Shown piece by piece: positions 1 through 14,450 of a DNA stretch of 64,000 nt (position 1 is its first letter; the number at the start of each line of letters is the position of its first letter). The notes under the pieces are model-generated. The model was not told where the DNA came from. It made no database searches and saw only the letters and a list, made by a program, of their open reading frames with translations. Origin of the DNA: the human T2T-CHM13v2.0 reference genome, Homo sapiens; the NCBI RefSeq assembly GCF_009914755.1, contig NC_060932.1; one strand, given 5' to 3'. A program made the position numbers and the translations under genes.

Positions 1-406
1 CTAAGAAAAGGAGACTTCCGTGACTCTCATTCTGTAAAGGAAGTCTCATTGTGTGGTTCTTAAAGTGACCAGTGTGTACCCAAGTTCCTTTAACTGGAAA
101 TACGTGAAAGGCTTATTTTTATTAAACCTTCCTCAGGGAATTACTGCCACAAAGCATAAAACTGGTGTCTCCAGTATTCAGTATAATATTCACTCTCTAG
201 TTCAGATTATAGAGGGAACCCAGACTCCTTTTTATTGGTTGAGTTAAATAAGCATTTTTTGGTACATCAGCTATAGGCCCTGTATTCACTGTTAAGAAGA
301 GTAAAGAATATATTTCTTGTCCGTAAAGAGCTGAGTATATCTGGAGAGAGACAAGATTTATGTATATCTATTTAAGAGAACTTGGAGCATATGTAACTTA
401 CAATAG

Positions 407-545
407 AGCCAGGCATGGTGGCTCATGCCTTTAAGGCCAGAATATTGGGAGGCCAATGTGGGAGGATGGCTTGGGACTAGAAGTTCAAGACTAGCCTAGG
501 CAACACAGTGAGACCTCCTTCTCTACAAAGCAAATAAATTAAAAT
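407..545 (+). mobile_element. Alu left monomer (FLAM/AluJ-like)
   Basis: GCCAGGCATGGTGGCTCATGCCT...AGTTCAAGACTAGCCTAGGCAACACAGTGAGACC, then an A-rich tail; no right arm. Confidence 0.85.
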
Positions 546-1995
546 AGGCATTTTGACTCTTCACAAACAAAAGATAAGATCTGGAAGAGGCTGGATTGTT
601 TGAGCTAATACCAGAGCAGGACAAACATATGTAAGGTGACCTTCTGAGCATTTGTGTCTTACTTCTAATCCATATGTTGGACAACTGGGTTGCAGACTGC
701 AATTGTCCAACTAGCCTTGAAGGGCATACCTATGTTGGTCTTAGGATTTGAGTTTTTGTGATAACTTTGGCTATTTAGATATTTTTTTGAATTTTCACTT
801 TCAGCATATCATATATGCAGATTGCTTGTTCCATGTAATTACGTACTTTCTCAAAGTAATGATTTTATATCACTGGCATTAACTCAAATTTTGCACTAAC
901 CCAGGGTTTTGATAATTTATAGGTAGGTCCTAAAATAGTTTCCATAAACAAATCATGTTTTATGAAAAATAAGTCAGGTTTTCCTTCTTGGGAATTTAAA
1001 AACTATGCATGCTTCCTACATAGGACTTATGTTGCTAACATAGGACTGAAGAAACACCCTAAACAATGGCAGCCGTGAGAAGAGGTCAGCTTGATTTGGG
1101 GTTGTAGCTCACACCTGGCTCTGGATGAGTCAATGTTATCTTGACAGGATGTTTTCAGCAGACCCCTACATCCCTTGCCATAGCCAATTGTAAAGTGTTT
1201 GTTTCAGGAAATCATGCCCTACTACTAACAATCCCTTTCCAAAATATCTTTTAGTGTTTGGCATGCAGTTAGTATTGACTCAGAATCTAATAGGAAAATT
1301 GTAACTGACCCAGGCTGAGTCTCAAAGTGAACCTATGTGTATTACAGCATCATCCTCAGGTAAAAAGCTTACCTGAGGTGGATAGAAGCTTAAAACCTGA
1401 AGCTGGGAACTCCTTAAAGGGCTCTTAGCAACTCAGGAGGACAACTGGGGTTACCAACCTGGAGCAGAACCAACTTCTAGTCTCCACTCATGCCTGGTCT
1501 TTTAACACAGCTTTTCTTGGAGATGATTGCATTTCAAGTTCCTCCCACAGAGTTAGCATTTCTGTTGCTGGACATAAGCACATTTTCTCCTGTCTTAGCT
1601 GTGGAACCTTACACAAGTTACTTAACCCCATCTGTGCCTCATGTCTTTATGGACACAATGAGTACAATAATAACATCCTTTTGTTAGGATGGGAAGTGCA
1701 GTATAATCCTTAGAAAAGGCTAGGTATTAACGTTATCTATACCATGATCCCAGGAAGAAATGTTGTTGTGTGGTAACTGGCACTGGATTGCAAGCACATT
1801 CAATAAGGTTCCATTAATACAATAAATTAGGGCCTTCTCCAAAGTCCAGTCTGGGCTGTCAATCTTTAGACCCTGTAAGTGATAATATTGAATTCAAACT
1901 TGCATTTATATTTTTATACAATAAATTATATAAAAATATATTTTTATAAATATATATGTATATATATAATATGTATATATAAATACATATTATTA

Positions 1996-2287
1996 CAGTC
2001 TTTTCTCAGCATCCCTGGGTATTGATTCCAGGACCTTTGCAGATACCAAAATCCTCGATGCTATAAAATGGCATAGTATTTGCACAAACTATGCACATTG
2101 TCCTATATAATTTAAATAATCTCTAGATGACTTATAATACCCAATACAATGCAAATGTTATATAGTTATTAAACTCTATAAGTTTTAGTTTGTATTTATT
2201 GTTGTGTTTATATATATATATTTTTAATATTTTCAATTTGTGATTGGTTGAATCTGTCATTGTGGAACTTGCGGATACAGTTGACTG
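1996..2287. mobile_element. MER2-like TcMar-Tigger non-autonomous DNA transposon
   Basis: Starts TA|CAGTC, contains GATTCCAGGACC...CAGATACCAAAATCC and ATAAAATGGCATAGTATTTGCA, ends GCGGATACAGTTGACTG; matches recalled MER2 layout. Confidence 0.8.
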
Positions 2288-3084
2288 CAGTTTATTTTGC
2301 TTGATTTTATAATCACATTTCCAAACTGCACATACAAATTTTAAATTCTGTTATGCTGAAATATTCATGTCTAGTCAGAGGTAATTCAGAGAGATTTGCC
2401 TATTAATCTAAAATTTGAGTTAAAAGATAAGACATTTTAATTGGAACTAATATTAACTGCTCATGTGTAATTAGTACTAATATAAAATACAATTAAAGAG
2501 TAAAAGAAAAGAAAAAATGAACCATGAATACTTTGAATTTTTTTGCTGTCCTTTCTTCTTCTGGAGCTGTGAAAAATCTAGATCGATCTCTTGAAATGTA
2601 CACAATCTTGAGTCCTTATGGTAATGAGGATTGCAAAACAGAAGTGAGAAGCAAAGCTAAGGGAGTGTGGTTGACAGGGGAAGAGTAGGCACAGGCTGTT
2701 ATTTCCAGCTCCTCCTGAGACCCCCCAAACTGACAGCAGAGGGGGCACAAGGAAGCCACTCATAATGGCTCAGACAATGAGGGCAGGACTGGGCATGGGG
2801 CTGGAGGTGGATGAGCTCACCTAAAGAGAAGAGATTCCTGCTGGAAAGTGGGTGGGGGTGGGAAGGCAGAATGGCCTCATAATACCCTGGAGGGGGATGG
2901 AGAGTAACCTTCCTGGAAAGACCCAGACTCAAGGTCAGTTGCTACAGGGAGGATTAGGAACCAGCCTGCAGGGGAGGAGGCTAAGCATCCACAGAGGAGA
3001 TCCCTGCATCAGTTAATACTGCCTGGTTCCTCTAATAGAAAACATTGCTTTCAAGACCATTGCCATTGCCATTTGTTTTTATAT

Positions 3085-4285
<1,201 letters not shown>

Positions 4286-4303
4286 CAGAAAAAGCCAAAT
4301 TCA

Positions 4304-4583
4304 ACTGGGTGTGGTGGCTCACACCTGTAATCCCAGCGCTTTGGGAGTCTGAGGCAGGTGGATCACTTAAGGTTAGGAGTTTGAGACCAGCCTGGCCAAC
4401 ATGGTGAAACTCTGTCTCTACTAAAAATACAAAAATTAGCCAAATGTGGTGGTGCATGCCTGTGACCCCAGCAATGCAGGAGGCTATGCACGAGACTCGC
4501 TTGAACCTGAGAGACGGAGCCTGCAGTGAGCTAAGATTGCACCACCGCACTCCAGTGAGACCCTGATCTAAACAACAACAACA
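4304..4583 (+). mobile_element. Alu (AluS-like) with (AAC)n tail
   Basis: Dimeric Alu with CTACTAAAAATACAAAAATTAGC linker and a short deletion near the 3' end. Confidence 0.95.
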
Positions 4584-4990
4584 ATTCTTGGCTTTGGATT
4601 TTTTAGATATAAAACCAAAGCAAGAATTTCACTCTTTTTTCTTTCTATGAATTTTGTTTTTGATGTCCTCTCCTCAAGAGGGTATTAAACCTTGGCTACA
4701 GTGTCTAGTTTTAATGAGAGAAAGACTCTGGGGCAAAATGGAATTACTGAAATAGAAAAATACATAGGATGGTGGTTAAAATGTTTTATATTAAAGGATG
4801 AATAAAACATGGGGCAGAATAGATATTTTTCACTACACAAGTATTTAGAAAATGTAGATTGTATCTTGCATGCATTCTCCTCTAAGAAGTCAGTTGAGAA
4901 TGAATTTCAGCAAAATAAGGAAATAAAATGAAGGAAGAGGAAGACATGATATACAGAAAATAGTCGATCCTGCCCGGAGTACAGTAGAGG
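4521..4990 (+). repeat. Donor arm of a local inverted duplication
   Basis: Aligns by eye with the reverse complement of 6541-7192; 4921-4964 is a perfect 44-nt match to revcomp 6560-6603. Confidence 0.9.
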
Positions 4991-5950
4991 GATGCGTCTG
5001 GAAGAGGCTGACTTCCAGCTGGGGAGGCGTCTTACAAGACAGAGTAGGAAGAAAGTATTTTCAGGAGGGGAGTCTCCTGGGAAGAGAGGAACTTGATAAA
5101 ATAGAAAGCATGATTTGAGCTTAAGGAAGCATGCAGTTGTAATAAGGCAAATAACTCAGGTAAAAAGAAGGCAATTAGAACTTTGCATAAAGAAAACCTG
5201 TGTCTGAAAGTTATTGCTCAAATGTGGAGTGAATGAAAATGGAGAACGTTCAAGAAAGGAACATTATCTTAGAAGAGAGATTGCATTTGATATTGAGGAC
5301 AGACAGAAACAGTAGAATTTGAGTGGCCCAGATGCTGAGACACTAGATTCAGAAAAAGAGTTTCTGGCCTACTGATTGCCTCTGTGAGCGGTATTTATAC
5401 AATGATAAGACTGTCAAGGCTGCTTATTGGTTTTCAATCTTCGGAGTCCTCCCATGAACAAAGCAGCAGAGACTGACTGGTGGTGCAGAGCTGAGCCAGA
5501 GGAAGCACATGGCAGCTCCAAGGGGTGCAGATGGGTGGGAATAATGGGGACATTCACATCTATTCTCATCCTAAAGTGTGCGTGGGGATGTCAGGATGTA
5601 CAGCTTACAGTTGAAGAAGAAAGGAAACAGACAAATACAAAAACAGATAATCAGCAGAAGAACCAACATATACATTTCAAAACTGAGAAGCAGCAGGTGG
5701 GGGTGTATATGAGCTTAATTCTTACATCTTACAAGAAAGTCGATGAATATTGTCTAAAAATATAAACAAGAAATAGAGGAATGTATATATTATCTAGGTT
5801 TGTGGAGGTCACTATCAAGAGAAATAAAACAAAATAACAATGACAGGAAACTTTTGAGATAGTTTTTCTTAAAAATGAGGCTGGGATAAGGAGGGAGGAG
5901 TCTAGCCAGGGTCTGTTGTTTTTCTTTGAAAGTTTTTTGCACTATTTGAT
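4700..5950 (+). mobile_element. Old LINE-derived sequence (HAL1/L1ME-like), tentative
   Basis: A-rich, purine-skewed sequence resembling a recalled HAL1 3' region; no diagnostic ORF. Confidence 0.35.
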
Positions 5951-5964
5951 TTTAATTTTTTTAC

Positions 5965-6165
5965 ATTTATTTTTTAGAGATAGTATCTCTAAAGGCTGAA
6001 GTGCAATGTTGCGGCCTTGGCTCACTGCAGTCTTGACTTCCTGGGGTCAATCAATCCTCCCACATCAGCCTCCTGAGCAGCTGGGACAACAGGTGATCAC
6101 CAACACACCCAGCTAATTTTTAAAATTGTTTTGTAGGGACAGGGTCTCTCTATGTTGCCCAGGGT
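5965..6165 (-). mobile_element. Partial AluJ-like element
   Basis: GGCTCACTGCAGTCTTGACTTCCTGGGGTCAATCAATCCTCCCACATCAGCCTCC...ATGTTGCCCAGG. Confidence 0.85.
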
Positions 6166-6540
6166 ACTATTTGATATGTTACATGCACATATATTACTTT
6201 TATAATAATTAAAAAATAAAAATATACATTTATTAAAAGAGGACATATAAATGGCCAACAGGTATATGAAAAGGTGCTCAACATCACTAATTATCAGGGA
6301 AATGCAAATCAAAACCACCATGAGGTATCACCTCACAGCTGTCTGAATGGCTATCATCCAAAAGATAGGAAATAAGTGTTGGCAATGATATGGGAAAAAA
6401 GGAGCCTTTATATACTGTTGGTTGGAATATCATTGGTACAGTCCTATAGAAAACAGTATGGAAGTTCCCAAAGAAATTAAAAGGAGAACTGACATATGGT
6501 CCAGCAATCCAACTTTTGGGTATATAAAGGAAATGAAATC

Positions 6541-6960
6541 AGTATCCCTGGTGGGATCCACTATTTTCTGTATATCATGTCTTCCTCTTCCTTCATTTTA
6601 TTTTCTTTTTTGGCTGAAATTCATTCTCAGCTGACTTCCTAGAGGAGAAAGCATACAATCTAAATTTTCCAAATATCTGGGCATTGAAAAATGTCTATTC
6701 TTCCCCATATTTCATTCATCCTTTAATATAAAAGCATTTTTAAACATCATCCTACGTATTTTTCTATTTCAGTACTTCCATTTTTGTCCCAAAGTCTTTC
6801 TCTCATTAAAATTAGACATTGTAGCCAAGTTTTATTATACTGATGAAGACAGGACATAAAAAATATTCATAGAAAAAAGAGTGAAATTCTTGCCTTTGGT
6901 TTTAGGTTTTACATCTATTTAAAATCCAAAGCCAAGAATTTCGCTGGCTTGCTTTCTTTC

Positions 6961-7020
<60 letters not shown>

Positions 7021-7022
7021 TC

Positions 7023-7073
<51 letters not shown>

Positions 7074-7192
7074 TTTCTTTCTCTCTCTCTCTCTTTCTCT
7101 CTTTTTTTTTTTTTGAGACTGTATCTCGCTCTGTCACCCAGGCTGGAGTGCAGTGGTGCGATCTCAGCTCATTGCAGCCTCTACTGTACTCC
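6541..7192 (-). repeat. Inverted copy of 4521-4990, including an Alu 3' end and an expanded (GAAA)n tail
   Basis: Direct reverse-complement alignment with the donor arm. Confidence 0.9.
6947..7100. repeat. (TTTC)n/(TC)n polypyrimidine microsatellite
   Basis: Visible tandem repeat next to the Alu poly-T. Confidence 0.98.
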
Positions 7193-7799
7193 CATGCTTG
7201 CTGCAGCACTGTCACAAGAGCTGAGCTACAGAATCAACCTAAGTGCCTGTTGGTGGATGAATGAATGAAGAAAATAAGATACCTCTGCACAATGGAGTAT
7301 TATTCAGCTGTAAAAAAAGAAGGGAATTCTGCCTTTGCAGTAACATGGATGAACCTGAAGGGCATTGTGCCATGTGAGATGGGCCAGACACAGTAAGACA
7401 AGGAATGCCTGATCTCACTTCCATGCAAAATCTAGAAAAGTCAGGCTCACGGAGGCAGAGTGGAGTGCTGGTTGCCAGGGGCTGAGTGGAGGGGAACGTA
7501 GGTCAGAGGGTGCAAATGTTCAGTTCCAGAAACCTAACACACAGCATGGTGACGGTGGTTAATAATACTGCATTGTATATATGAAATTTGCAAAGAGCAT
7601 AGATCTCAAGTGTTCTCACCACACACACACACAAATCATACTACGTGAGGTAATATGTGAAGTAGCTGGATTGTGGCAATCATTTCACAGTGTATACATA
7701 TATCAAAGCATCATTTCGTGCACCTTGCATGTACACAGTGTTTTATTGTCAGGCATACCTCAATAAAGATGGAGGGACAAGAAGATCATGGCTCAGACT

Positions 7800-7975
7800 C
7801 ACAGGTTCAGATGCCATCTCCACTACCTACTGGCCATAACAAGGCACGAAAGCCCTGCCAACACCCCAATTTTAGCCCAGTGAGACCCGTGTTGGGCTTC
7901 TGACCTCTGCAATTGTGAGACAACAAGTTTGTGTTGTTCTCAGCCCCTCGTTCACGTGGTGCATTTACAGGGATA
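7800..7975 (+). mobile_element. MLT1-type MaLR LTR 3' fragment
   Basis: AGCCCTGCCAACACC...TTTTAGCCCAGTGAGACCCGTGTTGGGCTTCTGACCTC...TGTGAGA. Confidence 0.75.
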
Positions 7976-8450
7976 GTGAACACGTAATTGAGGGGCTGTG
8001 GGTTCAGATCAAGCTGGAGCCTGAGACACAGTCAGCGAGTGGTCCTGGGACCCGACAGAGCTGCACAGAAGGCCAGGGACTGGGGTTGAATGCAGCTGTC
8101 CAGACCAGCCACACCAGCTCCTCTCAGAATCAGGTGGCGCAGATGGGGATGGGCACAGCAGGTGTGGATGCTGTGAGATCTGGCCAAATGCCGGCAATGT
8201 GTAGGACCTGCTGGGAGGAGAGGCCATGGGCTGGGAGGAGCAGAGAAAGAGGAGAAAAGGTGAGTGGAACTGGGGGACCACAGCACACATGAAGCCTTGC
8301 CAGGGACAGTGTCACCTCCATTGTGAGAGCACAGACATGAAAGCCAAAGGCAGGCACACCATGTTCCAATCACAGGCAACACCTGAGCATTGGGATTAAG
8401 ATAGAATGTTGGAGGAACATTATTATTTACTGTGTTGAAGAGGGCTTTAG

Positions 8451-8777
<327 letters not shown>

Positions 8778-10329
8778 ATAACTACATTTTTAAAATGTCA
8801 ACCGATAATAACTACCTTTAATTAATTCAGAGTCAGATGGTGCAAATGGTCTAAGAAGCCTAATCATTTGGTAACCTTTAAAATTGGTGTATTATACTTC
8901 AAATATATTTCTCATTTATCTAGCTGGGAGAGGAAGAGAGCAAGTGTTTTACTAGTAAATAAAAATGTGATTAACTAGAAAATATTTACTGAGCATCTAT
9001 TTATGACAAGTACAGAGTGTTATGAGCTGGAGATACTGTCTGTCAGAGCAAACAGGGTCTGTAGGAACAGCTCCACTGGCCAAATCAGTTATTATTATAA
9101 TAAATGTATATTATTCACATTCCATACATATGTATATCTCTAGCTTGGCCCCACAGGCCTCACCCAGATGCCCCTTCTAGCCTTTCAATTGATCGGCCAC
9201 TTCTCAGGCCCATCCTAGGGATAGTGAACACTTTGAGGGGTGCCATCAGGGTCCCTTCCGGGAGCTGTGAGCAGGGCCACCGTCAGCAGTCCTGCTGCTC
9301 CCACCTCCCAGTGCTGCTGCACATGTTGATACGCTTTTTGTTTTTTTGGTGGGTGCCATCTCCTTCCAACCCCTAAATAAGCAAAAAGCACCTCTGTTCT
9401 AGAATTCCCCTCGGTTATCTGAAAGTTGCCTGTGCTGACCCTCCGCCAGGCCAAGGCCCAGATAAGGGAGATGGAAAGCCCCGTGACCACCCCCAGGCAC
9501 AGCTTCCTCTACCTGCGCCACCAGCAGCCATGGCCAAGCATGGTCACCGAGATCTGTGTTGTCTTTACTCAATGAATGAAAGCTGAGGCCTCAGTCTCCC
9601 TAACTGGGTTCTCATTTTCTCATTGAACCAACATGTAGCTGTGTCTGCTCTTCCCCTGGAGCCTCTGGCCTTGTGAGCCCCTGTCCTGGGCCATTAGTGG
9701 GACCCTCGGGTGGGTTCCTGAGGTGCGTGAGGAATGTGGAGCATGGTCAGTATGACACAGGCTGGCTCGCATATCTTTTGTCCTGCTGCAAAGTCCTGCT
9801 GTGCTTGCAAGAGTCAAGGGTGAACCACATCCAAGTTCCTTTCTATCTGTGTAGCCTCTGAATAATATTAAGTGTCTTCCTCTACCCACAGGACTCCTGT
9901 CCTCTTAGGGGTGAGTGACAAAGGAAAGGTTAGAAACACTAAAATGCAAAAGAGAAAAGCATGTTCATGTTTTCCCAAATCAAGTCCCTATGACAGTGCT
10001 ATGAGAACAGAGCCACGTTCAGCAATTCCCTGAACAGTCTGTGCCTTTGTTTCTTCTTCTGTAAAATGTAGGGATGTGGGGAAGAGCAGAGATGAGTGTG
10101 CCATCTGGCCAGCACCTGAGATTCTGTAACAAACTGTTGTTACTGATGGGTGATAGCAGTGTCTGCGTCTGTATAGTGGGGAGGTGTTCAGGGAGAAATT
10201 CCCAGGCAGAAGTGGGTGATATTTCATTATCCAGTGATGCCTGTGACACATCTTCAGAGCTACCCTGCAAAGTCCCTGGACTATTTTTAGTTTAATTGGA
10301 CAATGTAATTTATTATAAGATTTAGCAGA

Positions 10330-13150
10330 GTCTCCACTTCAAGTGTCTTTTCAAAGAGACCGCATGCTTTAAAACCCCGACTTCACCATGCCGTGAATTG
10401 CTGTTGGCTGAGAAGTCACTCTTTACTATTTGATACCATTCTTCTGTGGACCCTCTAGTGTAATACATCCCTAGAGAGGATCAACAATCTGGGAACCTGA
10501 AAGATTAGTGGACCTCTGCTTTACGAGGCGCACCTTAAACCCCTGTGACAAAGGTTTTTGTAAAAGCGAAACACAGTTCACTAGCTCTGTGGTGGGCCCT
10601 GGGATTCGGTCTAATGACAAGCTGCTGGCCACGGTGCTGCTTCTGGTCTGCAGGTCCCATGGCGACTGGAGTGGGGCATGCCAGGTCTGACTGCTGTGGC
10701 TTGATAGCAGTGAGTGGAGTGTCCTTATTCACACCCGCCTGCTGAGATGGGACCCATTGTAGCAGCGTGGGTGCCGAGCACACCCCTTAGTGCCCTCGGT
10801 CTCCTGCAGCTGGAGCTGATGGAGGGTGTGTTGGGTCCCAGCTAGGGCCACTGCTGTGGTTCGGGGCAGCAATAGGATTCTCGGACTTTGGTGTGCAGTG
10901 CAGGGCTTCCCAGCTAGTTCATTCTGCTGTTGCTCTGTCCACACCGAGTTTTGGGCGTGCAGAGCTCCCAGGGTAGACCCTGGGTATCCTGCGGTGCTTA
11001 AGCAATGTTTCCGTGGAGTGTACTGAGAAGATTGGGGTTTGTTGCACAGGGTTCTGCATCTAAGGTGACCCTACGCCCTTGCTGAGCGGCCCCTTGTGAG
11101 AGTGGGGGGGGTGCGGAGTCCTGGTTCTCCAGAGAGGGCCGCACCACTTGCAGCCACTGTGACCGGGTGGTGGAGAGCACGGTGTGGCAGCCTTCAAGAG
11201 CACTTTGCTGATTTTCCACTGAGTATGCAGTGATGACGGGCTTTAGAGTGCTGTTCCACCTAACTGTATGCATCAGCTATGGTACCCCGGTATTTGATCA
11301 AACACTAGTCTAGATGTCTCTGTGAGGGTATTTTTAGATGAGATTGGCATTTTAATCAGTAGACTTTAAGCAAAACAAATTACACTCCATGATGTGGTAG
11401 GCCTCATCTAATCACCTGAAGGCCCTAAAAGCAAAGACTGAGTTCCCCAGAGGAAGAGGAGCTCGGCCAGCACTCTGTCTTAGCGCAGGAGCTGCAACAC
11501 CAGCACCTCCACAGGTCTCCCGCTGGTCAGACTGCCGTGAAAATTCAGACCTGCAGCCGCCACAATGGCCATAGCAAATTCCTTAAAATAAATCTAACTC
11601 TCTCTCTACATATCCCTTGTTTCCATTTCTCTGGAGGACACTGACTAATAAAGCACGGTGTTAGGTGTCCCTGGTGACTTGAAGAAACTGTTAGGGGATG
11701 CATGCTGTTCATTCCATCTATCCCCTCAGTTGGGAGGGTGCAGAGCTCAGTGCGGAGTGTCCCATGGAGGCTGTACTGCTACTCGGTGGCCACAGGGCGA
11801 GCATGGTGTAGAGTAATGTGGGGTGTCCAAGGTGGCATCATGGTGCTTTTCAAGGAGGGCACTTGGGGTGTGGGGCCGCTCACAGAGTGTGTGTCTTGAG
11901 AGATGCTGGAGCTGCTGGTCCACAAGCCAGTGTGTCTGTGTTCGGCTCACAGCACGGTGTGGCATGTCACAGCTGATGCCTTCTTGCTTTTGCAAAAACC
12001 ATCTTTGATTAGTGGGGTGTGAAGCACAGGGCTGGATGTCACAGCTCAGTGTTGGGTGCCTCAGGTGTTATTTGTTTTATTGCTTCGATGAGCACTGTGA
12101 TCTCCACGCAGGTGGAGCCCAGCTTTGGGTGTCCTGGAAGGCATTTCTGCATTGCTCTTCTTACAGCGGGATACAGAAGGATCAACTCGGTCCTGTTGTA
12201 ATGGTGTCTCCATGCAGCAGAGGCTAAGTAGATGCTGCCCCTTTTCTGTGAGCATTGCAGGGTGAACAGGTGGCAGAGAAAAAAATGTTCCTAATCTTTG
12301 AGCACTGCAGTTGGCTTCCCTGGAAGAACTTAGAATGTTGAAACTGCTTTGATATGGCCATCCCACTGATACCAGTATCCAGGTAGAGAAACAGCTTGGG
12401 AGAGGAGAGGCGAAGGTGAATTCTGAAGTCCTGAAGAAGGAGAAGGTGCTTGTAAGCCTGCTTTGTGTATCTTAAAGAACCATATTCATGTTGGTTACTA
12501 GTGATCTTCTGTACACGTGCCTGGTGAATTCAAGCATGTTCCAGGAGGAAGGTCCTATAGTCCTCTCTTCTTTTCTAAGGGTTTGCAGTTACCTTTAAGA
12601 GACAAAGAAAAAGGGTCCTACTCCCCAGAGCGGATGCCATAAAAGAGAAGCCTGGGGCTTCCTGCCAGCATCACACTCATGCTTATGGGGTTTTGAGAAG
12701 CTCATGGCAGCACTTTGCAGGAGCTGCAGTGAGTCCTGGTGAGCACTGCTTCTTACTGTGATGTTCATAGCTGTGCCTCCCATGCAAGGGGCTGTGCTCA
12801 AGCAAGGTTTAATGCCCTGCCTCCTTAGGAACATCCCCTCAAGTGGATGCACCCACTGCAACTGGCAGCAGGGAAGTGGTACTGAAAAGAGTTTTCCTGG
12901 AAGATTTTGTGGGCTGTTGGAGTCAGAGGAGGACAAAGCATCCAGTGTGAGAAAATCTCTTCTTTAGGCCCCTTCAGCCCCACATGGTGCATGTGGAGAA
13001 TGGCCAGGATGCTCTTCTTTTCAGATGGCAGAGTGTGCCCTGCCAACGCAAAAGAGAAGAGTCTTCAACAGTATTTCCATGACAGACTTTGCACTTGAAT
13101 TGTCAAAGGGGGAATGAGAAGAGATTTTCAACATGTTCATAGCAATGCAA
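10330..13150 (-). mobile_element. Highly decayed LTR-retroelement pol remnant (Gypsy- or ERVL-like)
   Basis: Minus-strand fragments in RT, RNase H, integrase order: PPGTCLNSPGTC (~12545), YLDTGISG (~12380), EQCRNAFQD (~12150), L*AEHRHT..DQQL (~11930), QPTAIHGMVK (~10400). All are degenerate and frameshifted. Confidence 0.5.
11229..11652 (+). mobile_element. MLT2 (ERVL) solo LTR, MLT2D-like
   Basis: GATCAAACACTAGTCTAGATGT...AATCAGTAGACTT...GGCCTCATCTAATCA...CAAATTCCTTAAAATAAATCT...TCTCTGGAG..CTGACTAATA. Confidence 0.85.
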
Positions 13151-14159
13151 ATTCTAATAGAAAGGATTCCTGCAGAAGCAGAGGGCCAGAAAATTACTGC
13201 AGTTCCTTGAGGCAGGGATCAGAGAGCCTAGGGTAAGCAGGAGACAATGCCCTGGTTTATTCCACAAGCAGGCAAACTCTCAGAGAAATCCACTCTGCCT
13301 CCAGGCATGGCACCAATGTGGAGGTTTCCAGGGCCACTTAGGGCAGGGCTGGAGTTCGCCTCTTCTCAGCCATTTTCAGACTTGCTTTGTTGGCTTCCAG
13401 CGATTTCAGTTTTTTAAGAACAAATGGTCTGTGTAGGGTCAGCACTTCCTTGAGGAGTCCTGCGGCAACGGGGGAAGGAAGCAGGCGCTGGCGTCCCTGA
13501 GTGACAGGGAAATGTGCCTGCTGTGGCTGACAGGCCCCCCTGAGTGTCCCCGCTTAGTGACTGTCTTGTTTAATGTCCCAATTATCCCCCGCAATGTTTA
13601 AAAAGGGTGCTAGAAATGTTGCTTTCTCTCCCACCTCCCCCCAGGCTCTGTATCTGCCAAGGAAAACAGCATTTGACATTTTACCAGCATAATGATTTGT
13701 TCAAGAAATCACTGAGAAAAAGAATGAAAAGTAAAGGCAGCACTCAAGTTCATGCAAAGGTTATGTTGATAGCAGTGTCTAAAGGAGACGTGGAGTCTAC
13801 ATGTTGCCTGGTGGGCAGCTTTGTTCTGAGGGCTTGCTTGCAGGAGGGTATGATAGGTTGAAGGTGATGCAGGGTCCCCAGAACCATCAGGGCACAGCCT
13901 GAGGGGTCTCAGCTCCACCTATTGGGACAGTGACTGGAGCCAGGGCATGCAGTGCACAGCCTCGCCCTTGGGTCTGGGATCTGCTGCCACCAAGTCAGGG
14001 TGCCCTGTGGCATGGGTGGGGAGGATGCCTTCCCTCTTCATCCCTCCTCCACCTAGCTTCTAGTGGGATGTCTCCACACAGCCCTCCTTCTTTCCTCTTC
14101 CATGCAAGTGATGGCACCTTTGGGAAATGCACCTGGGGCTGGGCAAGGTCTATACATAA

Positions 14160-14450
14160 GCATGTGCAGTGTGTGTGTGTGGTTGGTGAGTTTGCGTAAT
14201 ATATGTATATGGGTGTGGGTGTGTCTATGTGTGTATGCATGTATATGTGTGTATACAAGTGTTTGTGTGAATATATGTGTATGTGTATGTGCATGTGTAT
14301 GTCTGTATACAAGTGTATGCATGTACGTGTGTATGTGCATATGTCTATGCATGCGTGTGTGAGTGTGTATGAATGTGAGTATGTACGTATGGATATGCAT
14401 GTCTTTGTGTGTGTGTGTGTGTGTGTGTGTACACACATGTATATATGTAT
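14160..14450. repeat. Degenerate (TG/TA)n alternating purine-pyrimidine repeat
   Basis: Visible in the sequence. Confidence 0.95.

Larger units (their letters stand above)
6225..7770 (+). mobile_element. L1 (L1MA/L1MB-type) ORF2 end plus 3' UTR, split by an insert at ~6546-7184
   Basis: ATGGCCAACAGGTATATGAAAAGGTGCTCAACATCACTAATTATCAGGGAAATGCAAATCAAAACCAC... stops at AAATCAGTAT and resumes at ACTCCCATG...GAATCAACCTAAGTG; ends CTCAATAAA. Confidence 0.9.

Noticed and set aside
1354-1378. Perfect 10-bp hairpin CCTCAGGTAA-AAAGC-TTACCTGAGG
   Set aside because: About one such stem is expected by chance in 64 kb, and there is no RNA-gene context.
1929-1948. 20-bp palindrome TATAAAAATATATTTTTATA
   Set aside because: Low-complexity AT tract.
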